Shown here: positions 17,606 through 27,973 of the stretch, in pieces
Layout of the letters: every line of letters begins with the position of its first letter
Position numbering within the stretch: position 1 is the stretch's first letter
The notes under the pieces: model-generated
What the model was told of the DNA's origin: nothing
Database searches by the model: none
What the model saw: only the letters and a program-made list of their open reading frames with translations
Made by a program: the position numbers and the translations under genes
Assembly (NCBI GenBank): GCA_963741475.1
Contig: CAVUHZ010000012.1
Coordinates: forward strand, 62,019-126,018
DNA from: an uncultured Methanobacteriaceae archaeon
GTDB lineage: Archaea; Methanobacteriota; Methanobacteria; Methanobacteriales; Methanobacteriaceae
Reading direction: 5' to 3'
Length of the DNA: 64,000 nucleotides

Positions 17606-19012
17606 TTATTTTTTTCTTTCTACCTTAAGTATCTCTTCACATCCTCCAATTGAATCTATCTTTATATCCAGCCTATCCCAGAATCCAAGGGCATTCAATT
17701 CATAAAGGGGTATATGTTCCCTGAATATCTCGTTGTACATCCTCCCCTCTTCATGGGTTTTACCTCTCTGAAGGTCATCACAGTATATTTTTAATAGTTC
17801 TTTAGGAATGTATTCAACTGCCAGTTCAAGGGAGTGTCTTCCTATGTTGTTGCAGATGGTTTTTTCGGGAAGATTTTTATCAAACCATTCATAGAATTTG
17901 TAGTGGTCGATAATCAGTTCGAGTGGAATAAATTTGGGTGTGCTATGTTTGTACAGGCTGTTGTAGGGGTCGTCTCCATGTGAAAGGTAAAATTCGTGTG
18001 TTTTATCGTAGACAAAGTGTGGCATTGCATGGCCACATCTTTCCTCCAACAACACAGGAATGTTTATGGTTCTAAGAATAGTACGGAGGAATCCTGTTGT
18101 TCCCCAACATCCTGCTGTATAATGTTGATATCCTAAATCTGGATGATTTGTACCTGAAATTATTCTCTCAACCGGGGGATATCCTCTGTACTGCCAATGT
18201 TTCTCAAAGTTTTCTGGTGTGTTATCACCATCAAAATGTTGTAGATTATCACGACACCATCCAAGTAACCTTCCTATGGTGCCCCATCGTGTCATACCGA
18301 TCAGTTTTTCTCCATCAAAAAAATCGTATATCCTTACTGGATCTCCAAGTGTAGCAGACCCATGGCTAAACAGTGATTCATCATATCTGAGTATAGAGTA
18401 AACATCCCGGGATTCAACATATTCAAAAAAGGTACGGCTATCAAGGAAAAATTCCAATTGGTATTGATCATACTTAAGAAGCGACCAGTGCACCAGCCTA
18501 TCTATTTCCACCCTGAGACAGTGAGCAATGTGGGTTAAATAATATTTCCAAGCATCATCCGGATTAATATCTGTGGAATATACAGTACCCTCCTCTGATA
18601 AATTTACTGTGCATGCAGGGACTTCTTCGAGTCCGGGTAATATATCAAGAAGTGTCTTCCAGAATGTGCCTGCTAATTCCCGTTTTTTATCTAATGACCA
18701 TGAATTATATGTGTGTGGAATACCATTTGAATATTTATTAGATTGCTTAGAACTTTTAGAATCCTTTGCACGCCATATAATGGCATTGGATAATTTAGGG
18801 TTATCTTTTATCCATTGATCAAATATATCGAATAAATAATCTTCGTTTTCTATAAAAAAGGTTTTGAGTTGTTTTTTTGTTATATATCCACCATTAACTA
18901 GGAAATTTCCAAATTTTTCATTGTAATTCTTTTTTAATGGTGAAAGGGATTCGTGTTGATTTTTTGTAATAGATTCAGTTTCATAAAGCCTATTTATTAT
19001 ATCAGGAATCAT
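17606..19012 (-). CDS. Hypothetical protein with a transglutaminase-like Cys-His-Asp core
   Basis: 468 aa. The segment YTAGCWGTTGFLRTILRTINIPVLLEERCGHAMPHFVYDKTHEFYLSHGDDPYN has the order and spacing of the transglutaminase/PNGase-fold triad: GxC...R..GIP..., then H, then D. Confidence 0.45.
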   Translation of the reverse strand: MIPDIINRLYETESITKNQHESLSPLKKNYNEKFGNFLVNGGYITKKQLKTFFIENEDYLFDIFDQWIKDNPKLSNAIIWRAKDSKSSKQSNKYSNGIPHTYNSWSLDKKRELAGTFWKTLLDILPGLEEVPACTVNLSEEGTVYSTDINPDDAWKYYLTHIAHCLRVEIDRLVHWSLLKYDQYQLEFFLDSRTFFEYVESRDVYSILRYDESLFSHGSATLGDPVRIYDFFDGEKLIGMTRWGTIGRLLGWCRDNLQHFDGDNTPENFEKHWQYRGYPPVERIISGTNHPDLGYQHYTAGCWGTTGFLRTILRTINIPVLLEERCGHAMPHFVYDKTHEFYLSHGDDPYNSLYKHSTPKFIPLELIIDHYKFYEWFDKNLPEKTICNNIGRHSLELAVEYIPKELLKIYCDDLQRGKTHEEGRMYNEIFREHIPLYELNALGFWDRLDIKIDSIGGCEEILKVERKK

Positions 19013-19182
19013 AAGAAAAAAACCTCCAATTTTACTATATAATATATATTACTAATTATATAAATTATGGTGAATAAGGATGTAATAAGTTGAATCAAAG
19101 TTAAATATAGATTTGTAAACCATACTATTCTTGTTTAAAAAACTAAATTGAAACCTTTAGAAAGATAAGTTTAGGAGTGTAG

Positions 19183-20478
19183 ATGAAAGCTAAAATAAAT
19201 GCAGAATGGGACCATCTCCGTAAAGTGGCAGTGCATTCACCGGGGATAGAGATGTATTTCGGACTTTTAGATCCCTTTGCATCACTTTACGAACGGTCCT
19301 TCAGCATGTACGATGCTGTGCAGGAACATAAACTTCTTACACATACGCTGAAACACGAATTCAAGGTTCAGTTAATACCTTTAAAAGATACGATAACTGC
19401 TTTGGCAGATAAATCACCTTCTGTTCGTGATGAACTGATTAACTTAGCCCTTGAGAATTTAACCTATTCAGGAGATCCCAGGGAGGTTAATCGTGCCAAG
19501 TATGAGGCAGAAAAAAATAGAAAAGTTCTTGACTCTGATTACTACTTCAAAACAGTACTTCTAAATCCACAGGTTGAACTGGAGTCTGGTATTGGTACCC
19601 GTATGATACGTCTTCATGTAACAGAAAATGAACCCCTTTCAAATCTATATTTCATGAGGGACCAGCAGGCTGTAACGGACAAAGGTATAGTGCTTTCAAG
19701 AATGTCAACGCCTCAAAGGAGAAGAGAAACTCAATTAACTAAATTTCTTTGGAGTAATCTTAAAATGCCCATTGCCTGCGAAATTAAAAAGCCTGGAACC
19801 TTTGAAGGTGGTGATTTTCTTCCGATGAAAGAATTTGCCCTTATTGGTGTGGGAGACCGTACCAATATGGCTGGGGTGGAACAGCTGCTCAGGTATGGTT
19901 TAGGTTACGATGAGGTGGGTCTAGTACATAAGCCCAAACATCCCCTCATACCCATTAATGATTCTATGATGAACATGCATTTAGACACCTACTTCAACGT
20001 TGCTTCAGATGGTGTAGCAGTGGGATGTGAACTTCTGCTTAAAAATGCTGAAGTCGAAATATATCATAGGGAAGGTCAAGGAGAATATGTTAAGTCTTTG
20101 GAAGATATTAATCTGCACGATTATATGCTATCTAAGGGTTTTGAAATTATAAACATCACAACATTGGAGTACCTGGCCTATGCATCAAATTTTTTATGTG
20201 TTAAAAACGGAACCATAGTATCGGTTGAAGTTGACCGTGTTGTGAAGGATATTTTAAAATTCCTAAATGAAAAGGCTGCAGCAGATTCTGAAAATTATGG
20301 AAAGCTTTTAACACAAGCCATGAAGGACTACAAATATCTTCGTGAAAAGGGTCAGTTTTTCCCGCACAAAAAAGAAGTATACCAAAATGATATCGACGCC
20401 TACCCATTGAATCTGATAAATCTTACAGGAGGATATGGTGGTGCTCATTGCATGACTTGTGCACTCAAAAGGTCATAA
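19183..20478 (+). CDS. arcA: Arginine deiminase
   Basis: 431 aa with the motifs LRKVAVHSPG, FMRDQQAVTDKG, FEGGDFLPM, MHLDTYFNV and a C-terminal GGAHCMTC carrying the catalytic Cys. Confidence 0.8.
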   Translation: MKAKINAEWDHLRKVAVHSPGIEMYFGLLDPFASLYERSFSMYDAVQEHKLLTHTLKHEFKVQLIPLKDTITALADKSPSVRDELINLALENLTYSGDPREVNRAKYEAEKNRKVLDSDYYFKTVLLNPQVELESGIGTRMIRLHVTENEPLSNLYFMRDQQAVTDKGIVLSRMSTPQRRRETQLTKFLWSNLKMPIACEIKKPGTFEGGDFLPMKEFALIGVGDRTNMAGVEQLLRYGLGYDEVGLVHKPKHPLIPINDSMMNMHLDTYFNVASDGVAVGCELLLKNAEVEIYHREGQGEYVKSLEDINLHDYMLSKGFEIINITTLEYLAYASNFLCVKNGTIVSVEVDRVVKDILKFLNEKAAADSENYGKLLTQAMKDYKYLREKGQFFPHKKEVYQNDIDAYPLNLINLTGGYGGAHCMTCALKRS

Positions 20479-20551
20479 AAAAAGGATAAATTAAGGGTTA
20501 TTGGAATATTTTTTTGGTTTAGAAGAAATTGAACATTTATGGTGATGAATA

Positions 20552-21502
20552 ATGACAGAGAAAATTATGGTTTCTTTGGGTGGAAATGCAATCCTCAAAC
20601 ATACAGATAAGGGAACTGCAGAGGAGCAGTTTGAACACGTTCGTGAAACCAGTAACATTATTGTGGAGTTACTTAAGGAAGGACATCATATTGCTTTAAC
20701 CCATGGTAACGGACCGCAAGTTGGTGACATTCTTCTTGCATACCATCTTTCCAGAGAAACTTTACCTCCAATGCCCCTTGATGTATGCGTAGCCCAATCA
20801 CAGGGTATGATAGGTTACATGCTTCAGATATCATTGCAAAATGCATTGAAGGAAGCCAAAATAATGAAATCGGCTGTTACCATTCTCACACAAACGCTAG
20901 TTCATAAGGATGATCCTCAGTTTAATAAACCTTCAAAACCTATAGGACCATTCTATACTGCCATGGAAGCATCAAAGCTGCGTAAAGAAGAAGGATGGAC
21001 CATAGTTGATGACGGTGGAAGGGGCTATCGAAGAGTTGTTCCCTCACCACTCCCAATAGGATTGTTAGAAGAATCATCCATTAAATCTTTATTTGACAAT
21101 GGTGTGTTGGTAATAGCTTCTGGTGGCGGTGGTATTCCAGTAACAGAAGATGATAATGGAAATTTATATGGATTAGAAGCTGTCGTTGATAAGGATTATA
21201 CAGCATCACTTCTGGCTTCGATAATAAAGGCCGATATTCTCCTTGTTCTCACAGATGTGGACAACGTAGCCATTAACTATGGAAAACCCCACCAAAGGGA
21301 TCTGAATCATATAACCCTCGGTATTGCAAGGGAATATCTTAAGAAGGGATATTTTCCTTCGGGGAACTATGGGTCCAAAAATAGAATCATCAATTCATTT
21401 TCTTGAAAATGGAGGTAAAAAAGCCATTATAACATCTCTAAAAAATGTTCTGATGCTCTAAAAGGCAATGCAGGTACAATAATCACACACAGTGAAAACT
21501 AA
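20552..21502 (+). pseudogene. arcC: Carbamate kinase with two frameshifts in the last 45 or so codons
   Basis: The body is intact (VSLGGNAIL, THGNGPQVG, ASGGGGIPV). The ORF ends at 21406 as ...SGNYGSKNRIINSFS. The +1 frame reads GTMGPKIESSIHFLENGGKKAIITSLKN, and a third frame reads SDALKGNAGTIITHSEN-stop at 21502. The frame-shift sites coincide with GGGG at 21361-21364 and AAAAAA at 21440-21445. Confidence 0.85.
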
Positions 21503-21629
21503 TATATATGTGAATATGCGTCTGTGTTTCTTGAAAATTTTATGTTTTTCTTTAATTACAAGGTATAAACTACACTAATACCTCTCTAATATTTGATTAC
21601 ATTTATGTATATCTTAATGAAATACAGAC

Positions 21630-21875
21630 TTAACTTCGACGATGTTTCTTTTTGGTGATTCCCGGTGTCCTGGGTGTAGCTTCTTTATTGCTTGAGGATG
21701 GTCCGCTTTTATGTGCCAGTGGATCAATATCCTTCTTATTTACATTTTGATCAATTCTTTCATCATGGAAACACACAGGTTCTGAAATAAGTTCAGGATT
21801 AGTGGAATCATGGAATTTATCTTCCTTAGAAATTTTTTTCTTTTTCCTTAAATCTGCTTCACATTCTTCTGGCAT
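21630..21875 (-). CDS. Hypothetical basic low-complexity protein
   Basis: 81-aa ORF, 54 nt downstream of the DUF2769-like gene on the same strand. Confidence 0.3.
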   Translation of the reverse strand: MPEECEADLRKKKKISKEDKFHDSTNPELISEPVCFHDERIDQNVNKKDIDPLAHKSGPSSSNKEATPRTPGITKKKHRRS

Positions 21876-21929
21876 AGTATCACCCTTTTTTTTAATAATT
21901 AAAAATCTTACTCAATAAATCTGTTAATA

Positions 21930-22250
21930 TTAGCCTTCTTTTCCTAATTTACAGTAATATTCCGTTGAAAGCTCGTTTTCTTTAAAAACTGGACATTTAG
22001 TACACTGACACTGTTGATCTGTATCAATATCTCCACAACTTGCCTTTCCTATAGCACAGTATATTGCTGCTATATTAGCAGGTTTAGGCATTAATGATCC
22101 TTCACCCATATTAGCAAGCAGATCCAACATGTTTAACTTTCTTTCATTTGCACATAAACTGTCCAACTGCACAGGACACGATTTACACATGCATCTTTCG
22201 AGATTTTTTTTATTGTATTCGACTTCAACCATCACCACCACCTCCATCAT
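21930..22250 (-). CDS. Cysteine-rich DUF2769-like protein (second copy)
   Basis: Contains CMCKSCPV...YCAIGKASC...CQCTKCPVFKENEL...YYCKLGKE, the same Cys pattern as 2828-3121. Confidence 0.55.
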   Translation of the reverse strand: MMEVVVMVEVEYNKKNLERCMCKSCPVQLDSLCANERKLNMLDLLANMGEGSLMPKPANIAAIYCAIGKASCGDIDTDQQCQCTKCPVFKENELSTEYYCKLGKEG

Positions 22251-22654
22251 TTTATTAAATAAATTAATATAAATCGTTAAATATCGCTATTTAATCTTTT
22301 ATCCGCTTCTACATTCACCCCCATCGTTTTAATAAATTTTAATGTATCAAGAAATCGAATTCTTAATTAATAGTCATCATTTAACAGTATTTTTTTAATA
22401 AAATTTTTATTTTCACCTTGTCCTAAAATTCTTAACAATAAATTCTTTCTCATCAGAAACATTATCATCCTATTACACTTTAATACATCTTATCCTATAT
22501 ATTTTGTGATAAAACTTTTATAAATTTATTTGAGTAGAAACTTGAAAAAAAATAAAATAATTCCATAGTTAAATGTAACAACAATTACATAACAATGCTA
22601 TAAATATTATTACAAATATATAATAGTATAGCAATTTTAAACGAGGTGTATAAA

Positions 22655-22984
22655 ATGCCAAAATTCATAACCATAACCCCCCAAGCAGCGCTTAAATTAA
22701 TTGAAGAAACGGGTTCTGATATTATAATTCTGGATATAAGACCTAAAGAAGAATTTAAAGTAGAACACATTCCAGGGGCTATCAACCTAGATTATGATGG
22801 CCACAAATTCCAGGAAAAGGTTGAAAAGCTTGATAAAGAAAAAAAATACCTTATATATTGTAAAAGTGGTGTTAGGGGAGGTTATTTCCTTGATAAAATG
22901 AGAGATTCCGGTTTTAATGGAGCCTATAATATATTAGGCGGGTTTTTGGGATGGAAGGTAAGCAAACTTCCACTCGAAGGTTAA
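22655..22984 (+). CDS. Rhodanese-like domain protein
   Basis: The active-site loop is YCKSGVRG, and HIPGAINL is present. ATG at 22655 lies 7 nt after GAGGTG. Confidence 0.8.
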   Translation: MPKFITITPQAALKLIEETGSDIIILDIRPKEEFKVEHIPGAINLDYDGHKFQEKVEKLDKEKKYLIYCKSGVRGGYFLDKMRDSGFNGAYNILGGFLGWKVSKLPLEG

Positions 22985-23020
22985 AATCAGATATTTTTAA
23001 GAATTTTTAAATAATAATAT

Positions 23021-24849
23021 ATGAGGGATCATATGGAAAGACGGAGTAATCCAGAAAATGTTGATGATAAATTATACTTGGATGCCAATTGGCCGTTGAA
23101 CAATAAAGCTGAAAACTTTGGCCAAAACATTGATCTTCACGAGTTTATTCATAAATTGAAGATCCAATACAGTAATCTTGAAACTGAAAATAAGGAATTA
23201 AAAGAGTCATTATTTGAATCTGAACAATCCAGAAAAAAATACTATGATATTTACCAAACAGCACCCATAGGATACTTCTCTTTAAATGAAAATGGAATCA
23301 TTAATAAAGCAAATAACACAGGCGCCACCATATTAGGGATATATCCACATAATATAGTTGGTAATAACTTTACTAATTATATTACATCCGATTACATGAA
23401 CATTTTTAATGAAACCATTATAAAATGCTTAAAATTCTATGAATCTGGGATATGCGAAGTCAAAATCAACGGAAAGCAAAAAAATATATATGTAGATATC
23501 AGAGTAAACCCCATTTTCGATGAAAAAAATAATTTTAAAGAATTTAGAGTGTATTTAACTGATATAACAAAATATAAGAATTTTGAAAATGAATTAAGGA
23601 CTAGATACGAAGATTTGCTTGAAAAAATGAATGAGCGTGCTAGAAAAACTTTTAAAAGTCAATGAGAGGTTGGAGAAAAAAATTGCCAAGAATAAAATAT
23701 CGGATCAAAAACTTCGAGCAAGTGAAAAACGTGAACAAGCCCGTTCAGAAGAATTTGCAAGGGTATTATACGCTGTTCCTGCTGCTGTTTGGATTTCACA
23801 TGATAACAAAGGGCTTTGGATTACAGGAAACCATTTATCCTATGAATATTTGAACCTAGAACCCGGCGCAAATGCTTCAAAATCATCACCCCCAAGTGAG
23901 AGGCCTGAAACCTTCAAAGTGTTCAAGGATGGAGTAGAAATTCCAGCAGAAAAAATGCCTGTTCAGTTATCATCATCTGGAAAGGAAATCAAAAACTTTG
24001 AATTCGATTTTGTTTACCCCGATAATAGTATCAGGCATATGATGGGAAATGCAACCCCACTATACAATGAAGATGGTAAACCAAGGGGTTCTGTTTCTGT
24101 TTTTATGGACGTTACCAAGAATAAAAATGCTGAAATTAAAATGGAGAAATTGGTTAAGGAATTGGGCACGTTCAAATAAAGAACTTGAACAGTTCGCCTA
24201 TGTAACATCCCACGATTTAAAGGAACCCTTGAGGATGATTTCCTCCTTCACCCAGCTTCTGCGAAAAAGGTACACCCATAAGCTGGACAAAGATGCAGAT
24301 GAATTTATTGAATATATAGTGGATGGAGCACAGCGTATGCAAATGTTGTTAGATGACCTTCTAGAATACGGTACAATAACTACAGAAACTAAGCAATACG
24401 AAAATGTTTCCTTGAATAAAGTAGTGGATGAGATCATTAACAATTTAAAACTGGCAATCGAAGAAAGTGGAGCAATAATAAATTATGATGAACTCCCGAT
24501 TATAGTTGCTAACCGGACACAAATGATACAGCTGTTCCAAAACTTGATAGCAAACGCTATAAAATTTCAGAGCGATAAAGTTCCAGAAATTCATATATCC
24601 TCAATGAAAAAGGGAAACAAATATATTTTCTCTGTACAGGATAATGGAATAGGAATCGATTCAAAGTATCTCGAACGAATATTCAAAGTATTCCGGAGGT
24701 TGCATACAAGGGAGGAATACAATGGAACAGGAATTGGATTATCAATTACAAAAAAGATAGTACAAAATCACAACGGAAATATATGGGTGAAATCAAAACC
24801 AGGCGAGGGATCCACATTTTACTTCTCCCTACCTATTGAACCCGATTAG
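23021..24849 (+). pseudogene. PAS-PAS sensor histidine kinase (HisKA plus HATPase_c) split into three ORFs by two +1 frame changes
   Basis: The three ORFs are 23021-23665 (PAS), 23631-24179 (PAS) and 24049-24849 (FAYVTSHDLKEPL H-box, N/G boxes). Removing one A from the run at 23644-23648 gives ...MNERARKLLKVNERLEKK.... Removing one G from GGG at 24164-24166 gives ...LVKELARSNKELEQFAYVTSHDL.... Confidence 0.8.
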
Positions 24850-25363
24850 TATCTCTGAATTTCTCAGGATCAGTGCTTTAAAACTAAATTTTATTTAAAA
24901 CTGTTTGATCAGCCGCCACATTTTATTTTGTTAATCAGGATAGGATCTTAAAGATCATTCCTTTGCAGATATCTTGGAGTTGTTTTCCAAATACAATGCG
25001 CCCGATTATTCCTGCGATTAAAAAAAAACCAAAAATAATCCAATACTATTGCAACTACTCCATTTAACATTATAAAGGTTATATCCATGGTTTAATTGAA
25101 TAAAATATTTAAATTAGTTTAATTTCTGAACTGTTTAAATTTGTAATTAATTTTAATATATTTCAAAATATCTGAAATTATTTACATAAACATCGAATAG
25201 AAATCAACAATGATCATTTGCAAATAATTGAGCATGACATTCTAATTTTTTTATATTAGGGATATACAGTAATTTTTAATTATTTTAAAAGGCAAAATAT
25301 TATAGATAAATGTTAACTCAAAAAATTATTTGATCATCATAAAGTTTTAAGGAGGTTTAAGTT

Positions 25364-25774
25364 GTGAATGTTAAACCAATAAAACTCTTATTAATTGAAG
25401 ATAATATAGGCGATTCAGTGATAATACGTAAAATGCTGGAGGAAAGTGAAAATACCACCTTTGAAATTACACATGCTCCAAGATTGAAGAATGGGTTGAA
25501 ACATCTGGAAACAGAAAAGTTCGATATAATTCTTCTGGATTTGGGTTTACCCGATAGTGAAGGTTTTGAATCATTTAAAATAACCCTAAAGAAACATCCA
25601 GTAATACCTATTATTATACTGACAGGTCTAGAAGACGAAGAAATTGGAATTAAAACCATTAAATATGGTGCTCAGGATTATCTTGTTAAGGGAGAATTTA
25701 ACGGTAAACTGCTGGTAAGGGCAATTCAGTATGCAATTGAACGTAAAAAGCTGGAAGGTTTATTTATTTATTGA
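25364..25774 (+). CDS. Stand-alone response regulator receiver (CheY-like)
   Basis: Contains LLIEDNIGD, the phospho-acceptor context ILLDLGLPDSEG, and GAQDYLVKG. GTG start after GGAGG. Confidence 0.85.
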   Translation: MNVKPIKLLLIEDNIGDSVIIRKMLEESENTTFEITHAPRLKNGLKHLETEKFDIILLDLGLPDSEGFESFKITLKKHPVIPIIILTGLEDEEIGIKTIKYGAQDYLVKGEFNGKLLVRAIQYAIERKKLEGLFIY

Positions 25775-25902
25775 TAAAAAAAATTCAAAACAAATTTATC
25801 AAGAACTTAATAACTAGGTTTAAAATCATTTGTATATAAAAAAAATAGATCTAGATATAAATAAATAGAAATTAAGAAAAAAAATTAAATATAAATAAAT
25901 AT

Positions 25903-26172
25903 TTAACTTTCAGTTATTGGAATTTTCCAGAGATAACCAACTTTCTTTCCTTTTTCTTGTTTATTTTTACCTTTCTTTTTCTTAACGTGAGCTTCACTAC
26001 CTTCCCAAGAACCCACTGTTTTGTCTAGGTATTTGGCTATTTCTTCATTGTATTTTTTAGTACCAATCGTATAATTCTCAGTTTCATTATGAATATAACT
26101 GATACCTTCGCCTTTTTCTTCCATAACCTTTGTTATTTCCATTAATTTTTTATAAAACTTTTCAGACATCAT
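25903..26172 (-). CDS. Hypothetical protein
   Basis: 89-aa ORF with a Lys-rich tail. No family recognised. Confidence 0.3.
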   Translation of the reverse strand: MMSEKFYKKLMEITKVMEEKGEGISYIHNETENYTIGTKKYNEEIAKYLDKTVGSWEGSEAHVKKKKGKNKQEKGKKVGYLWKIPITES

Positions 26173-26475
26173 TTTTACGCCTTCTCCTTCAATATTACTA
26201 TCTTTTTCTACATATTAATAAAGACGTATTAATTTAAATACGGATATTTAGCATAATACATTGAATGATTAAATAATATATATAACTTTACATGGATTAA
26301 TGCTTCGATTTTTTTAGGTAAAAAAATGATTTTTTTTAAAAGTATTGCATATCATCAGATGATCAAATCATAAATATCTCAGTAATAACAAATAATTAAT
26401 ATTGTTTTTCATCAGAAAAATTTGATTTATTTAAAGAAATGAAATCTTCTATAACATATATGAGGTTATTCTAAG

Positions 26476-27096
26476 ATGATGAAAACATTTGAGTGTGAGA
26501 AGGGTTTTTCTTACACAGTCCTTCTGGTTTCCAAAAAAATTCCACAGGATGGAATGACTTTAAACAGTTTTCTTGAACTGGTTGGAGAACGTGGAATGTT
26601 AATAACCTGTATGGTTTTAGCAGCACCTTTTCTAATCCCCATATCCATACCGGGTACAGGAGTTCTAGTTGGAATTATTGTACTTATTATCAGTCTTAGC
26701 ATAATGGTAGACAAATTCTATTTAGTACCTGATAGGTTACTGAACCATGAAATGTCTTATAAGCATCTGCTTAAAATACTAAATGCAAGCATTAGGATGT
26801 TAACGTTTTTAGAAAAGTATATGAAACCTAGATTATTGATAATGACCAATAAAAGATTTAGTAATACTGCAAACAGTGTTTTTTTGGTTATGAGTTCACT
26901 GCTGTTTATTGTTCCATTACCAATTCCTTTTACAAATACATTACCCGCTTTGGGAATCTTTTTTTTGTCAGCAGGAATACTCGAATGCGATGGTTACCTG
27001 ATTCTGTCGGGTTATTTGGTGGTTATAATCACTGCAATCTACTTCACAGTTATGTCAATTCTTGGATTGGAATTACTGTATAATTTTGGTTTCTAA
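26476..27096 (+). CDS. ExoD-like membrane protein
   Basis: 206 aa. The pattern LNSFLELVGERGMLITCMVLAAPFLIPISIPG plus a C-terminal TM pair resembles the exopolysaccharide synthesis ExoD family. Confidence 0.5.
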   Translation: MMKTFECEKGFSYTVLLVSKKIPQDGMTLNSFLELVGERGMLITCMVLAAPFLIPISIPGTGVLVGIIVLIISLSIMVDKFYLVPDRLLNHEMSYKHLLKILNASIRMLTFLEKYMKPRLLIMTNKRFSNTANSVFLVMSSLLFIVPLPIPFTNTLPALGIFFLSAGILECDGYLILSGYLVVIITAIYFTVMSILGLELLYNFGF

Positions 27097-27205
27097 TTCT
27101 AATTTAATTATTTTCATTTCAAAGATTTTTTCTATCATAACATACAAAATAAATATGTTACTTAAAAATAAAATTTAAATCCATATATCAAAATAAATTA
27201 TTGAG

Positions 27206-27484
27206 GTGTTAATTTTGGAATTAAAGCCTGTTACAGGAATTGTGAAGAATTGTAAGGTTGTTTGTCAACCAGATGAACTCAAAGAATATGGTGAAGGTGT
27301 TAAAGTAGTGGTAATTTCAGAAAAAATTTTTTCAAAATTGATGAGCAGTCTAGCAGATATGGAGGAAGATCTACTTAAATTAAAGGAATTGGAACTGGAC
27401 AATACCCTTAGAAATATTGAAGATATTCGAAAAAAAATTGAATTGAACTTAAAGGAATTATCCTACAGTGAATTCATGAAGTAA
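27206..27484 (+). CDS. Hypothetical coiled-coil protein
   Basis: 92-aa ORF. The GTG at 27206 overlaps the RBS-like GAGGTG, and TTG at 27215 is an alternative start. Confidence 0.3.
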   Translation: MLILELKPVTGIVKNCKVVCQPDELKEYGEGVKVVVISEKIFSKLMSSLADMEEDLLKLKELELDNTLRNIEDIRKKIELNLKELSYSEFMK

Positions 27485-27532
27485 TATCCTTGATTTTATA
27501 AGATTCTAATTAGAACCTTCAATAAGATTAGA

Positions 27533-27973
27533 TCATTCAATTTTTAGTTTTAAAGTTTCTTTTTCTAATTTTGGTATTTTAACTGTTAAAACTGAGTTTT
27601 CAAAGTTTCCTTCGGCTTCTTTAAATTTTACCTTGGAGGGTAATGTAACCGATCTGCTTATTTTTCCATAACTTCTTTCTCTTTGAATGTAGTTTACCTC
27701 TTCATCCATGTGTTCTTCTGCAAATTCCGCATATATATCAATGCTGTCCTCACTTATTGCAATTTCAATGTCTTCCTTTTTTAATCTTGGAAGGTCTGCT
27801 TTGACAATTATGGAATCATCAGTCTCTATAACATCAATCAATGTCTTTTTATTTAAATTTGTATAATCGGATAACATCCTCCCAAATTCTTCCTGTTTAT
27901 CTTTGATGGTACTCAAAATATTATTAAAAGATGTTTCTGATGATTCCTCCATTGATTTTTCTTCTTCGCCCAT
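27533..27973 (-). CDS. Hsp20/alpha-crystallin small heat-shock protein
   Basis: Alpha-crystallin domain: DVIETDDSIIVKADLPRLKKEDIEI...ERSYGKISRSVTLP...NFENSVLTVKIPK. Confidence 0.85.
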   Translation of the reverse strand: MGEEEKSMEESSETSFNNILSTIKDKQEEFGRMLSDYTNLNKKTLIDVIETDDSIIVKADLPRLKKEDIEIAISEDSIDIYAEFAEEHMDEEVNYIQRERSYGKISRSVTLPSKVKFKEAEGNFENSVLTVKIPKLEKETLKLKIE

